Assembly (NCBI GenBank): GCA_020024085.1
Contig: JAHHUG010000002.1
Location: 1-48,872, forward strand
Direction: 5' to 3'
Length of the DNA stretch: 48,872 nucleotides
From: Christensenellaceae bacterium
Lineage (GTDB): Bacteria > Bacillota > Clostridia > Christensenellales > CAAEEZ01
Positions within the stretch are counted from its first letter, which is position 1. The number at the start of each line of letters is the position of its first letter. Of the stretch, positions 8,255 through 15,485 are shown one piece after another. A program made the position numbers and the translations under genes. The notes under the pieces were generated by a model. That model made no database searches. It saw only the letters and a program-made list of their open reading frames with translations, and was not told the origin of the DNA.

Positions 8255-9512
8255 TTACATTTCCTATAATTTTATCTTCAAGTTGTGGGCAATTATAATT
8301 TTTATCAACATAGCCTTTTACCTTATCTTCTGCAAATGCTCTGCAACTTGGTGAACCACATTTACCACAATCAATTTGAGGTAAATTCTTGTAAATTTTG
8401 TCGATTTCGCTAAGCATTTCCATCGCTTCCATTCTGTCATCAGCAAGTTTGTACGCATCTTGCAAATCGGGATTAACCTGCCATAAATAGTAGCTGTCAT
8501 CTTTGTCAACATCGCTTAAATGGTTGATATTTGGAGGCAACTCATTTTTTAGATTAAGTAGTCTTGCTCGTGCGACAAATGGATTTTCTACATTAAGTAC
8601 ACCACCTATACAACCACCCACACAAGCATTAAGCTCGATAAACTCTAGGTCATTAAGTTTGCCATCTTCTAGTTGATTAAGCACATTAACCACATTTTCC
8701 ATACCATCACAAGCAAGATATTTTTCCCTTTTTACACCTTGAGATTCGCCACCACTTGATGCCCATTGAATACCACGAGGTCCAATCTTTGATAATTTTT
8801 TTGGTTCTGCAATATTATTCATTACATCAAGCAACTTAAAGTAAACCTCACCCACACTTAATACACCATCGACAAGTGGTTTTGTTACGCCGATACCTGT
8901 TTTTAGTGCATATATTTTAGCTGGACATGGAGAAATAAAAAATATACCTATATCCTCTTTTTTGTAGCCCGACACCTCTTCTGCCCGTTCTCTTGCTAAC
9001 TTCGCAGTAATATCAACAGGTGCAAGCACTTTAAGTAAATTATCCACAAGGTTATGATACCTTACAAGTATCAAGTCTAGTACTGCCGGACAAGCTGTAC
9101 TAATTAGTGGCATTTTTTTGCTCTTCCTTAATTCCTTTTTGGTGGTTTCGGTAATATATTCTGCCGATTGAGCCACTTCCATTACACTATCAAATCCAAG
9201 CTCTAACAATCCCGTAAGAACATAATTTACATCTTTAAGATTGTTAAATTGTGTATATAAAGTTGGTGGCACAAGTGCTACCTTATATTTGTAGTTGTTA
9301 ATTGTGCTAAAGTCATCATACTGTACTTTTTTCGCATTATGAGGGCATAGCCTTACACACTCTCCACAACTTATACATCTTTCATATAAAACCATTGCCT
9401 TTCCGTTTCGTACCCTTATTGCCTCGGTTGGACATCTTCGCATACAAGTCAAACAACCTTTACATTTTTCGGGGTCTAATGAAACGGTGTGCAATTTATT
9501 TACCAGCTCCAT
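8241..9512 (-). CDS. Sensor-type [FeFe]-hydrogenase-like protein (HydS-like, no PAS) with a C-terminal RnfB-type Fe-S domain
   Basis: 423 aa. Two N-terminal 4Fe-4S motifs (CKGCLTCMRRCP, CISCGECVRLCP). Degenerate H-cluster motifs STACPA, SPCPAKIYA and ELNACVGGCIGG. C-terminal DCGKCGSPSCRAF. AGGAG RBS. Confidence 0.75.
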   Translation of the reverse strand: MELVNKLHTVSLDPEKCKGCLTCMRRCPTEAIRVRNGKAMVLYERCISCGECVRLCPHNAKKVQYDDFSTINNYKYKVALVPPTLYTQFNNLKDVNYVLTGLLELGFDSVMEVAQSAEYITETTKKELRKSKKMPLISTACPAVLDLILVRYHNLVDNLLKVLAPVDITAKLARERAEEVSGYKKEDIGIFFISPCPAKIYALKTGIGVTKPLVDGVLSVGEVYFKLLDVMNNIAEPKKLSKIGPRGIQWASSGGESQGVKREKYLACDGMENVVNVLNQLEDGKLNDLEFIELNACVGGCIGGVLNVENPFVARARLLNLKNELPPNINHLSDVDKDDSYYLWQVNPDLQDAYKLADDRMEAMEMLSEIDKIYKNLPQIDCGKCGSPSCRAFAEDKVKGYVDKNYNCPQLEDKIIGNVNENY

Positions 9513-9519
9513 AACTCTC

Positions 9520-9942
9520 CTAATTTGTGAAATTAATAGTCATTGTAATTGTTGTACCAACACCAACAGTGGACTTAATATCCATACTGTTGGAACATTT
9601 TTTCATATTTGGCAGTCCCATACCTGCACCAAACCCAAGATTACGAACATCATCACTTGCAGTAGAATAACCTTCCTTCATTGCAAGGTCTATATCCTTA
9701 ATACCAGGTCCATTATCCTCTAGCACAATCACAACTTTATCGGGGTAAATCTCCACCTTTGCTTTGCCACCACCTGCGTGGATAACCATATTGATTTCGC
9801 CCTCGTACATTGCAATAGCCACCCTACGAATATCGTTAGAGTTAATTCCAAGCATTTTTAGTTGTGACTTTACTGAATCACTGGCTGAACCTGCTGTTGA
9901 AAAATTTTCGCCTAGTACATCATACTCAAGTTTTATTGACAT
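9520..9942 (-). CDS. RsbW/SpoIIAB-like GHKL serine-kinase-type ATPase
   Basis: I chose the ATG at 9942 (RBS GAGAGGAA, 1 nt after the upstream stop) over the TTG at 9993 used in the ORF track. Motifs: EGEINMVIHAG, EDNGPGI, GFGAGMGLPNM. Confidence 0.7.
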   Translation of the reverse strand: MSIKLEYDVLGENFSTAGSASDSVKSQLKMLGINSNDIRRVAIAMYEGEINMVIHAGGGKAKVEIYPDKVVIVLEDNGPGIKDIDLAMKEGYSTASDDVRNLGFGAGMGLPNMKKCSNSMDIKSTVGVGTTITMTINFTN

Positions 9943-9943
9943 A

Positions 9944-10288
9944 CTATTCCTCTCTATTAAGCCCTGCCTCGTATAGCTTACCTGCTGCTTCAAACATACG
10001 GATTTTACAACTAAGCATTACTATGCCCTTTTCTCTAGCAAGTTCAATAGTTTCGCTATCGGGCTTTTTGCTCCTTACAATTACAATGCATCGCATATCC
10101 ATCATTTCTGCCGTACGAACTATTTGAGGATTGCATAGTCCCGTAATTAATACTGCCTCATCTTTAACGAAAGCTAGAACATCACTCATTAAGTCTGATG
10201 CACAAGCACTTTTTACTTCGTCGTTTAGTTTATCCTCGCCACATAAAATTTTGCAGTCTAGGATATTAACAATCTCATTAATTTTCAT
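9944..10288 (-). CDS. DRTGG-domain protein (first copy)
   Basis: 114 aa. VLITGLCNPQIVRTAEMMDMRCIVIVRSKKP...GIVMLSC matches the DRTGG pattern. AAGGAG RBS. Confidence 0.7.
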   Translation of the reverse strand: MKINEIVNILDCKILCGEDKLNDEVKSACASDLMSDVLAFVKDEAVLITGLCNPQIVRTAEMMDMRCIVIVRSKKPDSETIELAREKGIVMLSCKIRMFEAAGKLYEAGLNREE

Positions 10289-10441
10289 ATACTTCTCCTT
10301 ATATATATATTGATTATATCATACTATATATTGCTAAACAATATTAATAAAAAAAATTCAGTTAAAAATAGCTTAATAATCCTATTAGACAACAAAATTT
10401 ATACTTTTACAAAATCAAGGTTAAAATATTGCTTTAAAATT

Positions 10442-10468
10442 AAAAAAGCCTACCTATTTAGGTAAGCC
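10442..10468 (-). terminator. Rho-independent terminator after the ACP gene
   Basis: Minus strand: GGCTTACCT, loop AAAT, AGGTAGGC (one G-U pair), then TTTTTT. Confidence 0.6.
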
Positions 10469-10483
10469 TTTAATAATTTTTAC

Positions 10484-10717
10484 TTATTTTATAAGTGATT
10501 CTACATATTCAACTAAATCTCTAAATGTCTTTAACTTTTCGATAGCATCTTCGTCATTTAGCTCAATATCAAACTCACTTTCAATATTCATCAAGATTTC
10601 TACTGTATCTAGAGAATCAGCACCAATATCCTCAATCAATCTACTATCAAGAGTGATTGTATCCTTATCAATGCCCATTTGCTCTACTACTATATCTCTA
10701 CATTTTTCAAAAACCAT
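10484..10717 (-). CDS. Acyl/peptidyl carrier protein (stand-alone)
   Basis: 77 aa, acidic, with the phosphopantetheine attachment motif GADSLDTVE. GGAGGA RBS. Confidence 0.85.
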   Translation of the reverse strand: MVFEKCRDIVVEQMGIDKDTITLDSRLIEDIGADSLDTVEILMNIESEFDIELNDEDAIEKLKTFRDLVEYVESLIK

Positions 10718-10766
10718 ATTATTCCTCCAAATTTAAATATACAATTATTTTACACTAAAAACAATG

Positions 10767-11288
10767 CTATGTCAATATTGATATTAATAAATTATCAAAC
10801 GGTTTAATAGATATCACATACCCTGCAAGCACATCAATAGTTTTAACTGTTGATAGGTCAAAATCTTTGTTATTTTTTATACTTGCAATATTATCGCCGT
10901 AATATTTTATGTACGCCTCGCATTTTGTCCACATTTTGTAAAAATCTTCTAAACTACTAACCTCAAAATTCTCCCTTTTAGCAATAGCTTTGTAGTCCCT
11001 ATCCTTAATTTTTTCAATGTCTACTCCAACCTCTAATGTATCCATAAGTAGCACCATTGCACCCGTTGTATGTGATAGGTTAAAATGAATATTAATAGGC
11101 TTATTATCCACTGTAAAATAAGGCTTTTTACCCCTATTAATAACCACTTTTTCGGGCAAATTTTGGTCGTTTAATAGCTTGCTATCCACCCCTAAATCAA
11201 GGCTTTTTGCAATATCCAAGTACCTTTTTAGGCATATTTTTATAAAGCAATCACTATCAATATTTTTCTCTAAAATAAATAAAACCAT
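10767..11288 (-). CDS. Sfp-type 4'-phosphopantetheinyl transferase
   Basis: 173 aa. Motifs FNLSHT, VGVDIE and WTKCEAYIKY (W/F-x-x-K-E-A-x-x-K). The start overlaps the malQ stop by 1 nt (TAATG). Confidence 0.8.
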   Translation of the reverse strand: MVLFILEKNIDSDCFIKICLKRYLDIAKSLDLGVDSKLLNDQNLPEKVVINRGKKPYFTVDNKPINIHFNLSHTTGAMVLLMDTLEVGVDIEKIKDRDYKAIAKRENFEVSSLEDFYKMWTKCEAYIKYYGDNIASIKNNKDFDLSTVKTIDVLAGYVISIKPFDNLLISILT

Positions 11289-12784
11289 TATCTAAAATAC
11301 CTTGTAATATTCTCCCTTAAAAAGTCCTCATCTACTGCAAATTGATTGTCAGTTTCTAGCCTATATTCCCAGTTGCCCTCTGCTACTCCTGGGATATTAC
11401 ATCTAGTATCTCCACCAAAGCCTAAAATATCCTGAACGGGTATAATTACTAGCCCTGCTGAACTCTCTAAAAGGGTTGTAATAATCTTTTTGATTGAAGT
11501 ATTTTCTCTGCCACCGACACCCCAATATTTATCCTTGTAGTCGATATATGAAAGAACTTTTCTCCTTGTAGATTCATCAAGTTCGTATAACCAACCAAGA
11601 CAAGTATTATTGTCGTGAGTACCAGTGTACACTACCATATTGTTGGTGTAATTATGTGGTAAATGCTCGTTATCTCTGCCATCAAAACCAAATTGAAACA
11701 CTCTCATTGGTGGAATACCCGTTTTTTCAACAAGCTCCTTAACCTTACCACTACTACAACCAAGGTCCTCGGCGATAAATCTTTCCACCCCAAACTTTTT
11801 GATAAGCTCTGGCAAAAACTCTCTACCGATACCCTCTTCCCAAGTACCAACTCTGCCATCTTCAGCATTATTATCAATGGTAAAATAGCTGTCAAACGCT
11901 CTAAAATGGTCAATTCTAAGTACATCATAAAGTTCAAGCTGATACTCATATTTTTTCATTAAATATTTGTAATTATCCTTTTTCATTACAGGGTAATTAT
12001 ACAAGGCAAAACCCCACTTTTGACCTTTTTCATTAAAGTAATCTGGTGGCACACCTGCAACCTTTTTAGGAACAAAATTTTCATCAACCAAAAATTGTTC
12101 ATAATTCAACCAAACCTCGCAGGCTGTTGGCGACAAATAAAATGGTAAATCGCCTATAATCTTTATACCCTTTTCATTTGCAAAATTTTTGATTTGTTTC
12201 CAGTTTTCAAAAAACAATGTTTCTACAAATTTGTAATAGTAAATTCTGTCCTCAAGTTCAGTTTTTAGCACGTTTTCCACATTTTTATCACGATGCAAAA
12301 CTTCTTTGGGAAAACCTAAAAAAGTATCTACCTTAAAGTGTTCGATAAGCGCTTTATAATATGCATAATCATCTAACCAATAAGCATATTTTTTGCTAAA
12401 TTTATCGGTTTTTTCCTTCCACTCATCGTTGATATTTTGATATGCTTTTGCTAAAATTTTGCTACTATTTTCTCTAGCAAAATCATAATCTACTTTATAT
12501 GTATTACCGTGATAAACTGCACTATTTACATCTTCTTTTGAAATTAAATTTTGCTCATACAAAAAATCTGGAGAAATATAAAGTTCATTACCACTAAAAC
12601 CACTTTCCGACATATATGGTGAATTTCCAAGACCAATTTTGCCAAGAGGCAATATTTGAAGGTACTTAAATCCTAAATCCTTAATATAATCAATAAAATA
12701 TTTTGTTTCGGTAGAAAAATTACCTATTCCGTTTCGTCCAAAAATAGAAAATATCGGACATAGAAGTCCAACTGCTCTTTTCAT
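11288..12784 (-). CDS. malQ: 4-alpha-glucanotransferase (amylomaltase, GH77)
   Basis: 498 aa. Typical GH77 blocks: LRIDHFRAF, IAEDLG, YTGTHDN. AAGGAG RBS. Confidence 0.9.
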   Translation of the reverse strand: MKRAVGLLCPIFSIFGRNGIGNFSTETKYFIDYIKDLGFKYLQILPLGKIGLGNSPYMSESGFSGNELYISPDFLYEQNLISKEDVNSAVYHGNTYKVDYDFARENSSKILAKAYQNINDEWKEKTDKFSKKYAYWLDDYAYYKALIEHFKVDTFLGFPKEVLHRDKNVENVLKTELEDRIYYYKFVETLFFENWKQIKNFANEKGIKIIGDLPFYLSPTACEVWLNYEQFLVDENFVPKKVAGVPPDYFNEKGQKWGFALYNYPVMKKDNYKYLMKKYEYQLELYDVLRIDHFRAFDSYFTIDNNAEDGRVGTWEEGIGREFLPELIKKFGVERFIAEDLGCSSGKVKELVEKTGIPPMRVFQFGFDGRDNEHLPHNYTNNMVVYTGTHDNNTCLGWLYELDESTRRKVLSYIDYKDKYWGVGGRENTSIKKIITTLLESSAGLVIIPVQDILGFGGDTRCNIPGVAEGNWEYRLETDNQFAVDEDFLRENITRYFR

Positions 12785-12811
12785 AGTTACTCCTTAAAAA
12801 ATACTAAATAT

Positions 12812-12840
12812 ATTATACTATATAAAATAGTCTGCCTCAA
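12812..12840 (-). promoter_or_regulatory. Candidate sigma-A promoter for malQ-PPTase-ACP
   Basis: Minus strand: TTGAGG, 17 nt, TATAAT. The -10 box ends ~27 nt upstream of the malQ ATG. Confidence 0.4.
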
Positions 12841-12882
12841 TATTAAGTAGTAAATTAATTGTAGTATTATGTAAAAAAATGT

Positions 12883-12913
12883 AAAAAAAACCGACTACCA
12901 TTATAGTAGTCGG
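12883..12913 (-). terminator. Rho-independent terminator after the NYN-like gene
   Basis: An 8-bp GC-containing stem CCGACTAC/GTAGTCGG with a 7-nt loop, followed by T8 on the minus strand. Confidence 0.7.
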
Positions 12914-12940
12914 CGTATAAATTAAATTTACTCCAAAATA

Positions 12941-13495
12941 TTAGCCATTGATGATATTTTCTAGCTCTGCAAGTAAGTCGTCTGATGGAGCAGCTGTTTC
13001 TACAACCTTTGATTTAGCAGGTTTTCTTGTAGGAGCTTCACCTCTAACTGCCTTGTATGCTGCATTAGATTGTACTGCGAAGTTATCAAGAGTAATTACT
13101 GCTGTGCATAGCTCAGAGTTCTTATCTGGCTCTGTAACACCGGCGATTACTTCATAACCTGATGCCTTTAACCAAGCAATAAGTGGTTGAATATCGCCTT
13201 GACCATACATCAAGAAGAAACCATTAACTTGTGAGTTATCTGCGATATTAACAGCATCAATAACTTGTCTTAAGTCTAACTTACCCTTTCTCTTGTGCTT
13301 TAGGGTAGGTAATGCATCATAATAGTTCTCTGTGATAAAAGGCTTATAATCCTTTGTTCTTTTTGCACTATAACCATAGAACTTACAAGTTGCAATTTCG
13401 CCATACTTTGATAACTCTTGCATAGCCTTTTCAAAAGCTACATAAGGTACTCTAACGCTTTCAATATCAGCTAATACTACATATTTTTTTACCAT
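12941..13495 (-). CDS. NYN/LabA-like domain protein with a disordered C-terminal tail
   Basis: The ATG at 13495 has a GGAGGA RBS 7 nt upstream; the ORF-track start at 13510 is a TTG inside that RBS. The pattern VVLADIES...GKLDLRQVIDAV...FFLMYGQGDIQPL...GYEVIAG resembles the NYN fold. Confidence 0.6.
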   Translation of the reverse strand: MVKKYVVLADIESVRVPYVAFEKAMQELSKYGEIATCKFYGYSAKRTKDYKPFITENYYDALPTLKHKRKGKLDLRQVIDAVNIADNSQVNGFFLMYGQGDIQPLIAWLKASGYEVIAGVTEPDKNSELCTAVITLDNFAVQSNAAYKAVRGEAPTRKPAKSKVVETAAPSDDLLAELENIING

Positions 13496-13512
13496 AAATT
13501 TATCCTCCAAAT

Positions 13513-14340
13513 TTAATTATCTAATTCTCTCATATAGTAAAATAAGTATTGTTGCATATAACCAGATAAGTCCATAAACCTATCAGTCAAATCTTTACGA
13601 ATATACTTTGTGTCATTTGACGAGCCAAAATACTCGTTATAGACCTTTTTCATCCAAGTATCCACTGGACAAACCTCGCCACGATGGAAAGCAAATAGTG
13701 CAATACAATCGGCAACCTTTGGACCTATACCCTTAAGTGATTGTAATGTCTTAAGTAAATCGGGGGTAGATAAGCTATACAAACTATCAATATCCATAGA
13801 TTGAAGTTTTTTAGCAGTATCAGCAAGATAGCTTGCCCTATAACCTGCACCGATAGACTGATAAAAACTTTCGTCCCTACTTGCTAGGCTATCAATGGTA
13901 GGAAAAGTATAATAATCTCCTACTTTTTCGCCAAGTTCCTCGCAAAGCCTATTAATAATCTTTTGAATACGGGGAATATTGTTGTTGGCTGAAATTATAA
14001 AAGAAATAATTGTTTCAACTGGGTCTTGATTAAGTATATGTATGCCTTTTGAAAACTCCAAACTTGCCCTAATCAAGCCTTTATCAATCAATTTCGTATA
14101 TATTATACCATAGTTTTGTTCAAAATCAAGATATTTTGCAAAATATTTTGGAACATTTGTATATATATGGTAATGACTACCTTTATCCACAATTTCGCAC
14201 TTGTATTTACTAGAAAGAATGATAACCGTATCTTCATTTATTGAGTAACGGAACATTTGTCCACATTTAACGGTGTCAAATGGATTAAAAAAATCGTCCT
14301 TTGGTACAATAATACCATCATTAACTATATCGTATTTCAT
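13513..14340 (-). CDS. ogg: 8-oxoguanine DNA glycosylase (HhH-GPD, OGG1/clostridial Ogg type)
   Basis: HhH-GPD block LKGIGPKVADCIALFAF..VCPVDTW carries the OGG catalytic Lys and Asp. I prefer the ATG at 14340, because the TTG at 14367 lies inside the rpmA terminator hairpin. The start remains uncertain because no clear SD is present. Confidence 0.75.
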   Translation of the reverse strand: MKYDIVNDGIIVPKDDFFNPFDTVKCGQMFRYSINEDTVIILSSKYKCEIVDKGSHYHIYTNVPKYFAKYLDFEQNYGIIYTKLIDKGLIRASLEFSKGIHILNQDPVETIISFIISANNNIPRIQKIINRLCEELGEKVGDYYTFPTIDSLASRDESFYQSIGAGYRASYLADTAKKLQSMDIDSLYSLSTPDLLKTLQSLKGIGPKVADCIALFAFHRGEVCPVDTWMKKVYNEYFGSSNDTKYIRKDLTDRFMDLSGYMQQYLFYYMRELDN

Positions 14341-14346
14341 AATAAT

Positions 14347-14372
14347 AAAAAAGGGATTGAAAATCAATCCCT
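14347..14372 (-). terminator. Rho-independent terminator after rpmA
   Basis: Minus strand: AGGGATTGA, short loop, TCAATCCCT, then TTTTTT. Confidence 0.7.
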
Positions 14373-14383
14373 AAAAATTCAAA

Positions 14384-14659
14384 TTAGTCAGCGTAAACAC
14401 TTACTTGTTTATCTAACTTACCTTTTCTTTCAAATCTTACTTTGCCATCAATCAAAGCATATAAAGTATCATCACTACCAATACCAACATTTGTACCTGG
14501 GTGGAACTTTGTACCTCTTTGACGAACTAGAATGTTGCCAGCCTTTACGAACTCACCGTCTGCCTTCTTAGGTCCAAGACGCTTTGACTCACTGTCTCTA
14601 CCGTTTCTTGTGCTACCAACACCTTTCTTATGGGCAAATAATTGTATATTAATAAACAT
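14384..14659 (-). CDS. rpmA: 50S ribosomal protein L27 with an N-terminal propeptide
   Basis: [29 protein letters not shown] is the canonical L27 N-terminus, preceded by a Firmicutes-type extension. Confidence 0.95.
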   Translation of the reverse strand: MFINIQLFAHKKGVGSTRNGRDSESKRLGPKKADGEFVKAGNILVRQRGTKFHPGTNVGIGSDDTLYALIDGKVRFERKGKLDKQVSVYAD

Positions 14660-14661
14660 AA

Positions 14662-14991
14662 TTAAATTACCTCCAATTCAACGAAATCCGAAAAACCTTC
14701 GTTTAGGTCACATACACCTAAAAACATTGTTTCAAGGATAATATCAGCATCATGTCTTTCAATACTTGTTAACTCACTAGGTAAAGTTACCTTTAGGTGT
14801 GCATTTTGGTCCAAAATCTCGTAGTTTACATTGATTTTTGCTACTTGAAGTAAACCAAGAATAGCTGTTTGCACTATTGAAGATAATGCAGCACATACTA
14901 TATCCTCACCTTCTACCGAGTAACCTGTATGACCATCACATTCTACTGATACAATTTTATTATCAATTCTTTTTACTCTAACAATCGTCAT
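14662..14991 (-). CDS. prp: Ribosomal-processing cysteine protease Prp
   Basis: 109 aa encoded between rplU and rpmA. Motifs GHTGY and DIVCAALS carry the catalytic His and Cys. Confidence 0.85.
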   Translation of the reverse strand: MTIVRVKRIDNKIVSVECDGHTGYSVEGEDIVCAALSSIVQTAILGLLQVAKINVNYEILDQNAHLKVTLPSELTSIERHDADIILETMFLGVCDLNEGFSDFVELEVI

Positions 14992-14993
14992 AA

Positions 14994-15302
14994 TTAAGCC
15001 TTAATACTTAAAACCTTTAATGCTGTGTATGGTTGACGATGACCTTGCTTTCTACGAGAGTTCTTCTTTGCTCTGAACTTGAATACTATAACTTTAGCAT
15101 GTTTATCTTGAGCAACTACTTCACACTCTACTGAAGCTTTACTAATAGGGTTACCTGTTGTAACAGCACCCTTGTCATCTGATAGCATCAATACATCTAG
15201 GTTAACTTTCTCGCCTACGGCTGCATCTAACTTTTCTACTTGAAAAATTTGACCTTCTGTTACTTTGTATTGTTTACCACCTGTTTGAACAATAGCGAAC
15301 AT
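14994..15302 (-). CDS. rplU: 50S ribosomal protein L21
   Basis: MFAIVQTGGKQYKV...FKFRAKKNSRRKQGHRQPYT is canonical L21. Confidence 0.95.
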   Translation of the reverse strand: MFAIVQTGGKQYKVTEGQIFQVEKLDAAVGEKVNLDVLMLSDDKGAVTTGNPISKASVECEVVAQDKHAKVIVFKFRAKKNSRRKQGHRQPYTALKVLSIKA

Positions 15303-15378
15303 ATTTGATTACCTCCTCTTTCCAGTCTCGCTGTATGGGTGGGATAATTCCACTTTGAAACCCTTGACATGCGGCTCA
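15303..15378 (-). promoter_or_regulatory. Candidate L21 ribosomal-protein leader (structured 5' UTR of rplU-prp-rpmA)
   Basis: A ~76-nt, relatively GC-rich leader in an AT-rich genome. Nested pairings are possible: GCUG...CAGC, GGG...CCC and GUGG...CCAC. It lies just upstream of the GGAGG RBS. Confidence 0.4.
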
Positions 15379-15384
15379 GCATAT

Positions 15385-15413
15385 AATTTACCATAATAGA
15401 ACATTTTTGTCAA
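15385..15413 (-). promoter_or_regulatory. Candidate sigma-A promoter of the rplU operon
   Basis: Minus strand: TTGACA, a 17-nt spacer ending in TGG, then TAAATT (extended -10 type). Confidence 0.55.
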
Positions 15414-15485
15414 ATATTTTAAGGCATATTATATATTTATATATAAAACACAAATATTTACATCAAAAATGCAATAGTTTTAATG

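Noticed and set aside
9943-9993. ORF-track extensions starting at TTG or GTG codons: 9993 (RsbW-like), 13510 (NYN-like), 14367 (ogg) and 17638 (DUF2344).
   Set aside because: For 9993, 13510 and 17638 a downstream ATG has a proper SD or an ATGA/TAATG coupling to the upstream gene. The 14367 TTG lies inside the rpmA terminator hairpin.
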